From positions 1 through 64,000 of the forward strand of contig JBFLGF010000188.1 in NCBI GenBank assembly GCA_050230475.1: DNA of 64,000 nucleotides, given 5' to 3'. This document shows positions 24,791 to 36,145 of the stretch, piece after piece (within the stretch, counting starts at the first letter, position 1; each line of letters begins with the position of its first letter). Under the pieces are notes generated by a model. It worked only from the letters and a program-made list of their open reading frames with translations, did not search any database and was not told where the DNA came from. The translations under genes and the position numbers were made by a program. This DNA comes from Ancylonema sp. Taxonomy: Eukaryota.

Positions 24791-26597
24791 GCAAGCGTGA
24801 TGGTGCGGATAGAAGTCCGATTCTTCGAGGACGTGCCGGGGTACCCGAGACTCATGGGGGGGAGGGCTCCCGAGGTCGAGGCCAAAGTAGATGGACATTT
24901 TTTTCGACTGTTCCCCGACAACGGTGATGAGCCTAAGGGTGGAGGGGTGCGAGGACAAGCAGCGGTACCGGCTCTAGGGGTGCCAAGAGGAGCGCGAGCA
25001 GTAGCAACCCACTAGAGCCCTAGCTCTAACACTTCGGGATTCCGCCACCACCAGTTGCTGAGGTTCCATCGTAGTGATTGAGATATCAAACAACCAATCG
25101 GGATCAACAACGCAGGCCTAGAAGGCGAGGAGGAGGAAGTCCAAGAAGGGGGTGGAGGGGGTGCCAACCCGGGAGTGGATTCTAGCAACATAGTTGAGCG
25201 TGTGATGGCGAGGAGGAGGGAGAATTTCGCCCATTTTGGTGACGTCTTCTGATATGATGGGGAGGAGTTCGATGACGAGGCACTGCAGATCGGGATTCAG
25301 GACGAAGAGTGGGAAGCAACCTTCAACGGCCTTTCTAACCTTGGATTCTGCATGGTGGCCATAACTGCTGACTCCTCCGACCCTTTCACACTTAGCCATG
25401 TCAAGAAGAGGTCAGACTAGGACCAGTGGTTAGCTGCCATCAAAGAGGACAAGTCAAACGGGACAAAGTCGGGTCAAAGATGGGTTAGATGGGCAGATAG
25501 GCGGGTCAAAGATGTTGTTGCCATCCCAATAAACACCCCAAATACAGTCTTGGCAGCATACGTGAACCCTTGTTTGTTCTTGTCATGACCTACTTCCAAG
25601 CACTACACGAGGCAGCCGAATGTGTGACTCTTGTCCACTTTCATTTTCCGTCCAGACCATTTTTCAATAGGGATCCCCGCGTTCAACGAACTCGTGAGGG
25701 TCTTCTTCCTTAGCCACTTTACATGCATCAGTGCCACATCCAAGTATGATTTAAGCACTTTTGACCACATGAGCAAACCTATCATCTTCTCCATCAATGT
25801 ACGACAGTCGTTCACACATGCCGTTTTGTTGTGGGCTGTAGGGGGCACTCAGTTCATGATCGATGCCTTTCTCCTCACAAAATATCTACCGGTCCTTTCT
25901 TGTATATTTCTCCCCCCCATTAGTCCTGGTCGACTTTAACGGCACTCTTTTTGCATATCAGTGCAGTGCAGATATGCTCACTAATGCTCTCCCACAGGTT
26001 TTGGTAGAGAGACACAACAAATGTCTAGGTTTTGGACGGCTTTACTGAACTGGGGGTGTCCGTCTTTTCTTTTATTTTATTCTGGGAGGTTTCGAATGCC
26101 ATGCATGTTGGCAGGGGGTGTGTTTTGCGTTTTTTTTCATGCAGAAGTACACTTGGGGAGGGCACAACAACTTCAGCCCATCGAGCTAAGTCATACTCTT
26201 GCCTTAACACGTCCTGAAAAACACTTAAGGACAGATCAGTGCAGAATTGATCAGGTTTGACCACTTTGCGCTGAATTTTAAAATGTAAAAGTGAACAGTG
26301 AAAAGTTGAAAAAGTGAAAAAGTCAAAAATAGTTTTCTTAAGTTTTTGTTTTTCGCCTAACTTGTGGTATTTGTTCAGGGATTCGGCCAGAAAAACGACT
26401 AAGGTGCGGGAGCGATCGGCTGCACGACTTCCGATCGGTTGAGTTTTTAGATAGCCCCCCCTAGCACGCTTGTATGCTAGGGAAGACCACACTACTTTAT
26501 GGGCTATGCAATGGTTCCGTCATGATTTAGCTATAACTAGGGTAGTCCCTTGGATGTCCACATATATGCCAACTTTCGCATGGCATCCGAGGGGTTG
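24790..26597. mobile_element. Scrambled Copia fragments (INT-RT linker on +, integrase on -, RNase H end and 3' UTR on +)
   Basis: EVRFFEDVPGYPRLMG (+); CRTLMEKM...SHTFGCLV (-); ADMLTNALPQ (+); PPT-like GAGGGGTTG at 26589-26597. Confidence 0.8.
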
Positions 26598-27077
26598 TGT
26601 AGGAATATTCGGATAGCCATGCCTTATGCTTGCTAGTCCGGTTGTGGCCGCTTACTCTAACCGGACGCTCTTATTCCTAGATGTGCTAATATGCGGGGCC
26701 GGGCACGATTGTGTCCGGACACCTTTTTTGCTGTCACGCTTGATGTCGACACTTAGAGTCGTTAATAGCGGTTGGCATACTTGACGTGCCTTGATTGGTT
26801 AAATCTAGTCATGTCAGGAGTGTCCGGCATGGGCCGTTAACACATAGATGAGTTGTCACTCGATGATAGGCCGACGGTCAATTGTACCGACCGTCCGCAC
26901 ACAACAATCTGTAAAGCGCATCGGGTATTACCATCCCCGATGCTGCGATCACAATTATTATTCGTTCCACACACGCAACTCTTGTCTCGTTGATCATCAG
27001 TGATAGAGATCCCTTTGCGTACGGTTCGTTTGTCGCCCACCAAATCTCCTGCACGTCTAATCGCTCTAAAGCTTAAA
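26598..27077 (+). repeat. 3' LTR of a Copia family A relative
   Basis: TGTAGGAATATTCGGATAGCC...AAGCTTAAA, the reverse-complement homolog of the family-A LTRs, preceded by a PPT. Confidence 0.85.
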
Positions 27078-27373
27078 TACGTTCATATATCAAGTGATTG
27101 GTCCCCTTCTCTTTCCAACATGAACAAGCGTAAGCGATACCTGTGAGCGGTGGTGCACTGGTATGGCCACAATCGCCATACCGTGATGTGGCATGTCCAA
27201 CCGTATGAGTATAATCCTGCTACGTCCGAATTGTAAGTACTATCCGTACATAGTGTATGGTACATATACAATATGGCATGTACGGATGTATATTTTTTCG
27301 CTGAGTGCGGGTGATTCGCACCATTTGCACTTGCGATAAAAAATCATCACGCGAGAGCGTGCGTGTTAAGTTA

Positions 27374-28099
27374 CATAGTTGCATCCATACGGCAAAAAAA
27401 ACTACAACGGCAAAAAAAACTACATACGCCGTATGCCATACTTTTGCCAGCCATACGTGGCGCTTCCATTCGGCTACAAACGTTCGGGCAAAATATTCAT
27501 ATTGAAAATTTAATTTCACGGATATGGGTGTTCAAGAAATGATCAACCCGTAACCGTACGTGGCACACCTAAGCTTTGTGCCTACATTAAAAGTATAGGC
27601 GTAGGTGTCGAACTGTGTCTCTTAGATCGGCATTTTCATAAATGTACCTATGCTACATGCTATTCGTATGGGGTTTGGATAGATACTTGAAGGAGAGTAT
27701 AGGTACTTACTTAATGTTCGTATTTAATGTTGAGCCAAATTGGTTTATTCCCTCTCACACCAAGCATGAGAGCAATAGATAATAAAAATGGAATAAAGTA
27801 GATGGAATATGAAATGAAAAGGAGGCGGAGATTGAGATAAGAATTTTCATTTATCATCATTTCTCAGAATATTGAAGATATATTGATTTGTTAAAATAAC
27901 TTCAAATATAATGGATGGATATAATTAACCATTAAAATTTAAAAAAAATTGACTTCGCATAATTTTCGGATTGGAAAACTTGTACCGAAAATTTTCAGCA
28001 CAAGAATGATAATTATATATAAAAAACTAGCCGTATGGAAAAACTACATACAGCAAGGATCATGTATGCAAACGGCAACCACGTATTGGTGCAACTATG
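27374..28099. mobile_element. Non-autonomous hAT-type MITE (CATAG termini), copy 2
   Basis: TIRs CATAGTTGCATCCATACG / CGTATTGGTGCAACTATG with a perfect 8-bp TSD, TTAAGTTA. Confidence 0.93.
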
Positions 28100-30085
28100 T
28101 TAAGTTATACCCTTGGTGGCTAAATTCGGACACCTGGATGCACTATGTTCTCGGTTGAATGATTATACATGTATTCTCCGGTTACCTTCATCTTCAACTT
28201 AGATACTATCTTCAAGCGAAACTAGAATGTCCTTAAGAGTTTAAAATTTTGTCATATCACGCGCATCGGTGGTGCCTGTGTCGGTATCGAGATGGTGTAT
28301 GTGACTTAGTCAAACCGTTAGGGTGTATTATTTGAAGAAAGATATCATCCATACACCACTCAACCATACTTTGGCGATAGATGCAACCGATGGAAGGGGG
28401 TCCATACATCCTCGCAGTCCGGTTCTGGTCCGTACAATCCGTACAATCCGATTCCGGTCCGTACACGAATCGTTCAATATCGTCGCCGGACGGATTTTAG
28501 ATTCTCCGAACACTAAATTTTCCACAAGACACATCACCACCACTAACAATATTATTTATCACATATGCTTTGTGTCTACACCTCATATGCTGCATTGCAC
28601 CTACGTTCTTTTATTGTGCTCCACTGCATAAAAAATAAATGAGTGTCTGCATTTGTGAAATTAGTGGTGACGAATGCACGTGTTCCAGATTCTACATAGT
28701 GAAACACGCATATTACAATCTTGATGCATTTTTCGCCCCTCATCAACATCACAATATGTGTATGTTGGTATTATTTTGCACATGAAAGAAAAACAAACAT
28801 TACGAGCACAGGTTTGCACATAAGAACAACCGATAGGTGGTACACATCAACGAGAATGGCGTTTTAAATTCAATTTAGAGGAGGGTAAATTCAAGCGTTC
28901 CTAGATCCATAGGCCAACCGGACAAGCTTCGTTAGCCGGAATTCGTATTCATGTTTACGTCACTTCTTCACTACTTTACTACTCGACTACTACACTTAAC
29001 TACTTACTCGCATATTTTGTTAATTTATATATTTTTCCGTTTCTTAGATTGGAAATGTACGTTTATATGAAAATTAAACGGGTTTAGATATATATTGAAT
29101 GAATAAACAAATAAATAAAATGAAGAATGTATTGATGAATAAGTAACAAATAAACAAAAAAATAAACAAAGAAGTAAATACATAACATAGATAAGTGTAT
29201 AGATATACATTTTTACTTTTTTCTTTGTATTGATATACATACATAAATAGATAACTAAATAAATAAGCCGATAAATAGTTAAAAGAAGTAGAAATACTAG
29301 TTACATAATTGACCGTGCCTATAAGAAATAGAAAACGGAAAATGAATCTGTAGTAACATAAACTTTATTATGATATAAAAAAGAATTCATCTTACAAAAT
29401 TTCATAAATACACATGTATATAAATTATCATAATAATAAAATATAGTAATAACAATTGCAAGAATAATAACAAAAATTCAATCAATGAAAATCAATATAA
29501 GCATTATTAATTCTTTTAATATTGAAGTAATGTCTTATCGCGGTATACTAAGTGCATAAATTGTAAATTATAAGTGTAGACCCCCCTTAAAAATAGAAAA
29601 AAAACAATGAGTCAAGTGTGTGTACGTGTAGTTCAAGGGACAAATCAGAATCGTCAATAAGGGGAAGGGGGGGGGGGAACTATTAATTACCTTTCACAAA
29701 AAAAAAAAACATACGTCAAATTACATATACATGGCTAGGCAACAAGATTTGGGCACATTTGGGACGATCATGGCCTCGTGGGTATAGAAGCATTCCTAAG
29801 CGTGGGTCATGGGCATTGCAATTGCCACATATGAACTAGAAGAGGATTGAAACAAGTGACCTAAATTTAAATTAAAGCTACAGTGAATTGAAGTTACCTA
29901 CACATAGCTCTCTACTCCTATCCGCACGCTGGCCCGACATTCTGTGATCAGAAAATCTCGTGTAGATAGTAACAGAATTGGTCCATTAACTGGGCGGACT
30001 GTAATCGAAATCTAAACATACGGTTAACCGGTTATCAGAACCCTTGGCTCGTGCACCGAGCTCTTTATTCGTTATAGCGTTATTC

Positions 30086-31617
30086 TTATATGGCTAGAGT
30101 GCCCCCCCACAGCGCCGTCCAATCTGTATCAGGGGCTGAAAGAAGCGCCTGATCATCCCGGAATTCTTTTCTGTCAGATGGCAATACTCCGGATGGTGCT
30201 AGTCCGGATGGCGCTAATACAGGTGGCACCGCCTTCGCGGCCAGTGATTCGCGCCCCCGCACGCCTGAAAGTGACGCCAATATGGCTATGCGTAAATCAG
30301 GACCAGGATTTTGCGGTCGCGTGGTTAGGCTGGGAGGGGGAGCGGGGAAAGGAAGTGGTGGATTTGGAGGGTAGGTTTGGCTGGAGAGGGGGCTGGGAGC
30401 TGGAAGGTGGGAGCTGGGCCTCGAAATTACGGGCGCAGAACTGGAAGGCAACGCGAGCCTCTGTTCGGAAGCCCTGATTCGAAGACTTTCTTCTATAGCA
30501 TAACCTGCCTGAAGGTATTCATTCTGGTCCAGGTAACCCGGATCAGAGTAGTAGCTCGTCACGGGATTCTGCTTCAAAGAAACGCGAGGAAATTTCGACT
30601 CGTGCAGCTCGCCCCGCTGTTGAGGACTCGCGAAACCCCTCACATTCCGCGGGATTCCCGCAGAGGACAGAGAATTGAATAGATTAGAATTCGTGTCATC
30701 CCTAATGTTAATATCAGCGCTTTCATTTCTCGTGGGATGGCCATCTGACAGCTGTCGGGTCACAATGTTTTGATCTGAAGGCGTGGATGCACCCTGGGCG
30801 CGGCGTTGGGTGATCCATTGAGTGAGAAGATCAGGTGGCGCAGGACCTTCTAGTTGTGGCAGGGGGTACTTGCTGCGGCTTTTACGCTTCCTTTTTACTT
30901 TAATGTCCAAATCTTCTAATTCCATGGCGATTAGATTGAAAAATCGCCGAGCAGGTGAGTCTGGATGTTTAGTTATGAACAGAATTAGCTCACGCCGACC
31001 TTCGAACTGCCAAATTTCTTCAAAATGTTTCATACAACTGCTGCGAAACGCATCTGCGAATACTGATGACAGCTGCGTATGCATGCTTCTAGCTGACTGG
31101 TGGTCTGTAGCCGGCGCTGGTACCCACCTCGCGATGGTGCGGCCATTTGTGTGGCCGCGGCATACGTGGAGAGGGACTCATTTCTTGTGCAGTCTAATCA
31201 TTATGATGATGCGGCTATATTTTCTGATAGCCAACCATTCAATCCTATGGGTCCATCCGATGAATTCAGATTGACTTTAGTCTATTTCTATCCAATCAAA
31301 ACTCACATTTGGGGATCTTGCCACAGGTATAGTGAAAATACTGCCAAAATTCTTAGACTGCAAACGGTGTGCAGGCTGTTGACGTTAGATGTTATGCTCA
31401 TGTCCCAATCGGGAGCGCAAAAACCACAAGCCTGCAAGGGTGACGTTGGTGAGGAAGCTTCAAGATCCGTGCAGTCCCTAGAATCATCATTACTTCCGTT
31501 ACTACTTCCCACGTGCAAGCCAAGACGGACGCGACATTGTTGTGCTGGGACTCCCATTTGGATGAGATCCGGGCTCGCGGGGCTTCGGGCCGCGGATGGG
31601 GAAAAACCGGAGCCCAC
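30086..31617 (-). pseudogene. Unidentified, probably spliced ORF with an NLS-like KRKRKSR and Pro-rich tail; one in-frame stop
   Basis: The 332-aa ORF (30086-31084) extends upstream in frame through one TGA (31178-31180) to a TAG acceptor. A candidate 62-bp GTGAGT...CATAG intron (31245-31306) joins it to ORF 31303-31617. No family recognised. Confidence 0.4.
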
Positions 31618-33084
31618 CCAAATCCGAAGCTAAGCTTTGAGCCGAGCCCGGAGCCCGAACACTTTTTCTTATTGTTATTATCATTATTATTATTATTACT
31701 ATTATTATTATGATTTTTTTTAAAAAAAATGTTTGGTGGAGGAGAATTTCATGATTTGTGTATTCGCGTCAAATTAAATAAATTATTGATATGAGGCATT
31801 GTATCACGACATTTCTCGCGTTGAGCTAATAACAATAATAAAAAGTAGCTTTTTATATGGAATTACATTTGGAGATGGTAGCAGACATTAAAAAATAGAA
31901 AAAAACATGATGCTCAATGACGAATCAAGTTATTGGAGAAATATAGTCAGAATATATGATGTATATGGACCTGATGGGATAATGTTTTTTACTAAAATGA
32001 TCGGCCAATATTTTGCACAAGTTTTGCAATGCTACAAAGAAGGATCAACCAAAAAAACACATTGGAAAGTAGGTGAACCACCTCACTAAGAACAAAGACG
32101 GGGAACGTGTTGAAACATCATCAAACATATGGAAAATAAAGCACACTTTGTGGAGATCTAATTCAAAGTCTCGGACAACACATTCCAACGCGTATACAGC
32201 CGCGATTGCGCCCCATAATCTCGATCGTATCTGGGCTTCAAGCGCGGAGCTAAGATTCGCGTCAAATCGTAATCGGGGGAAACATCGGCCGCCCTTCGTA
32301 GTTGGTTGGGTTTATTCGTATAATCTCGGATCGGGTAGTCATCATCATAAACGTTGTTGGTGATCCTAAGGAAATCAGATTGTGAAACCGAGTGAATGTG
32401 AACGAATGTACATCAATGTCAATCACAAGACGAGGATCGAAAATATAGGATGTAGAAAAGAGAAGAGAATAAAATAAAGATGAAGTAACATAAGCGATTC
32501 GGACATGTATGTATGGTAAGATAGTTTGCTATGAATGTGACTTGTTTTGAGTATTGAACACGCTACAACGACAATTGTTCGGTGAAACACACACACGAAA
32601 TTCAAACAGACGGCTCTAAGTATGACGATACTCTATAGTACAATTTGTGAGAGCGGTAACACGTTACGGAATAAACAATTCAAAATATAGTAAAACGTGT
32701 ATAATGGAGTAACCTCTCCGAAGGAGTAAAATATCTGGGTCCCGACCCGTGTTATGATTCCAACACCTGCATAACTCCCTAAAAGAATATGTTTCCTAGC
32801 CCAGCGAACGTGTGAAGGATTAATGGATGAAATCCGTAGAGATCCGTATATATTTATAGATGTTGTAACATGCCCGTACATTTCTGAATATTTCTCAATA
32901 TTTTGAGAATTGTAATTTCACGCGGTACGAGACATGGGGTCGCCCTTTATAACCGATAGAGATAAATTGAAACAATGTAGTATTTGTCCACCATATACAT
33001 TTGTTGAGTTGACGAGTGCGGCATTCTAATTGCAAAATTTCCGGTCTGACATGGTTTTGGATACTGGGAACTCGAAAAGGTGAG

Positions 33085-33877
33085 GATATTTGAAATTGCT
33101 GATCCAGAAGGTCACCATGTGCGCGTGCTACTTCTTCCTTCTCCTCTTGCAAAGTTTTTATGGTAGCCTCTAGCTCAATTGTTGGAGCGTCAACATAAGC
33201 TTCCTCCTCAGAAAGTAGTCCGTCCGCTTCTGCACGTGTGGGTTTCTCTTGTTCCATTGGTCCAACTTGGTCTGGTACAGGTGCTGCGACCTTCGATGTT
33301 TTTTCGCAAGAGGTGACTGGTGGCTCTCCCTGTGAAGAGTTTGTAGTGGTCTCACTCTCCAAGACTTCCATGGTCTGGATGACTTCTGGTTTGGTAAGTC
33401 CCTTGGTGAAGACCCTTGTTGGTCCTCGTGGATGCTTTTGACGGCTGCAAATACTTTTTGTTGGTGTCGACTGCGTTCAATACATCGATTTGCAATACCC
33501 AGCTCTCGCACTCTCTGAAGTGCCTTGGTGATCACCATAAAGAGATTGTGATATAGTCTCTCCGGGTGTCTCGCATACTTGCCCAATTTTCTGTATCTAG
33601 TGGTGATTTCTCATGAACACCCTTGCGGACTTCTCTGGCATGTCGAACTCGTATGGTTTCTGATGGTGGTGTACTTGGGAAGTCATTTACTTAGTCAATC
33701 TCCCTAGGAGTGATCTTCAACTGGTTCCGTGGTTGTTGCTCGTTGAGTTCCAAACTGAATGGTCATGTTGACTACAACAGTTGATGATGTGGTTGCACCG
33801 TTGCTAGCAATTTTGCGGTATTCTTCCTTTAGTTTGGTGGCTGCGGCCCTATCCTCAGGTTTGAGGTAGAGTGTTGG
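33085..33877 (-). pseudogene. Diverged homolog of the family-B post-protease domain
   Basis: PTLYLKPEDRAAA...TIQFGTQ...RHPERLYHNLFMVITKAL...LEATIKTLQEEKE aligns by eye with PSLTLTPENRAAA...SIQFGSQ...RHRLYAKIEDKIKRNYIPKAL...AEATITRRITQLIKEQE in ORF 17934-19883. Confidence 0.7.
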
Positions 33878-34075
33878 TGTTAGGACTGCCCCTCTATAGC
33901 CACTAGTGTGTCTCTAGAGTGTGCCTCCTACACCATGCTACTAGCCCTAGAGTGCTAGTAGCGACTTTGTCCTTATATCGAGTTTTGCCCCTTTATAGTG
34001 AGATATATGTTCCTAACGACTTTGTCCCTATAACGAGTGTTTGCCCTTAGCTTTCCAATTTACTCTTATATCGAG
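33878..34075 (+). repeat. 5' fragment of an LTR related to family C
   Basis: Starts TGTTAGGAC and has the same CCCTATA/GAGTT sub-repeats as family-C U3. Confidence 0.6.
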
Positions 34076-36145
34076 TTCTAGCCTCATGCTCGGGCTCGCC
34101 GTCCACAACGACTGGAGGAGGGGGCGCCACGACACGGCCGGGAAACGTATTGGCATTGTGTGGCTCCAGGATGCTGACGTGGAAGACGAGATGGATTTTG
34201 ATGGATGACGGCAGCGCCAAACGGTAAACCGAAGTCCCGATCTGGCCAATCACAAGGAAGGGCCCCAGATGACGGACATCCAATTTCAACGAAGGACGAG
34301 TGGAGCCGACGTGGCGGCGTAACAGCCAAACTTTCTGGCCTAGGATGAGAATTGTGGCGGATCTGCGCTTGCGATTGGCTGACGTCTCCATGGCGCGCTG
34401 GGGTTGGCGGAGCGCTGCTTGAATGACATCCTGAGCGTCGTGGATATTTTTGACGAAGTCGTCTGCCGCAGGGGTTGGGGAATCTGGGGTGGGGGGAAGC
34501 AGCGACATTCGCGGGTGGTACCCGCAGTTGGCGAAGTACGGGGAGAGGGTGGTGGCGGCATGCTTGGAGTGTTATAAGCAAACTATGCCATCGGCATAAG
34601 TCGCGCCCAATCCGACTGCTCGTAGTCGATGTAAATGCGCAAGTAGTGCTCTAGGACTGAATTTAGGCGCTCCGTCTAGCCATCCGTCTGCGGGTGGAAA
34701 ACAGTCGAGCGGTTGGCATGGATGCCCAAAAACTCCAGCAGCCGACGCCAAAAATGGATGGTGAAGATGGGATCGCGGTCGGTGATGAGGCTGGAGGGCA
34801 ACCCGTGCAGGCGCACCACTTGCTGGAGAAACACCGCAGCGACCTCAGGAGCCGCCATGGCCTTGGTGGTGGGAATGAAGTGCGCCTCTTTGGTGAGCCG
34901 GTCCACCACCACTAGTATAGCATCGTGGTAGTCGCAAGGATGTAGATCCGTGATCCAGTCGAGGGACACGCTAGACCTGGGATGCTCAGGGATAGGGAGA
35001 GGGGAGATTATGCCATATGGCGCGTGGCGCACCGGCTTGTTCCGGGCGCAGACGTCGCATGTGCGCACGTAGTCTTCCACCGCCTTAGACACCCCCGGCC
35101 AGTAAAAATACTGGGCCAGCAGCGCGTGCGTCCGTGCAGTCCCGAAGTGGCGTGCCATGGGCGCATCGTGATACTGCTTTAGAATTGCGAGTATGAGGGG
35201 AGGAGCAGCAGTAGGGGGAATCATGCGGCCGCTCCGGTAGAGTAGGCCTTCACAAACTGTGTAGAGGGATGATGACCTGCCTGAGGGTGGCCTCAAGCTT
35301 GATTCCTGAGCAGGTGTGTGTAGCAGGTTTGTAGCAATAGCCTGGAGAGCCGGGTTTGCCAGCTGAGCCTCCTTGATGGTAAGTAGGAGTGGGTCAGACG
35401 GGGACAGGAGGATAGCTGCAGCTCGTAGAGGGGGGATAGGGAGAAGAGCTGTATCGGGAAGGATAGGGTGGGGGGACTTAGGCTGGCGGCAAGTAGTCTG
35501 GTCTGCGGGAGAGGGCGTCCGGCTTGCCATTGCTGGATCCCTTCCTCTAGACGATAGAGAAATCGTAGGCCGCCAACGTCTCGGCCCACCGTGCATGCCT
35601 CCTAGAGGTCGTCCGCTAGTGGGGTTGTGCTTGTGCAGCCAGGGGAAGCCAAGGACGACCGGGCAGTGGGCCAGGCGGGTGACATCCAAGGTAATGGTTT
35701 CTATATGGTTTCGTGGGGATCTGAGCTGTGCTAGGAAATAACAAGTGATCGGGCCGGCAACCAGAGGGGTGCCATCTATGAGTTCGACTTGAATAGGGTG
35801 GGGATGGGAGTGGGTAGGGATGTTGTTGTCTGCTAGGATTTGTGGATCGATGAAGTTGCCGGATGCCCCGGAGTCGATCAACACCCGGACAGGTATGGGT
35901 GGGAGGGGATATCGTAGTTACTGGCAGGCTAGCAAGAGCTGGCGGGGTTGGGGAAAGGGGGAGAGTAGGGAAAAGGGACCCGCACAGACCACTCCTAAGA
36001 GTGTGTGGGGGAAGCGTTTTTTGGCTCCGCGGGCTGCACGGCCAAGATGCGCACCGTGCGGGCCTTGCCTTTGTTGGGACAGGTCCGTGTGACGTGACGT
36101 GGCAGACCGCAGTAGTGGCATACTGAAATGGGGGTGCACACTAGG

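Noticed and set aside
31880..32200. Possible hAT transposase remnant (NDESSYWRNIVRIYDVYGP)
   Set aside because: Resemblance too weak and no TIR pair identified.
36124..36145. Partial inverted similarity to 44159-44180
   Set aside because: Short and imperfect; could be chance, so not used as the origin of the extra sequence.
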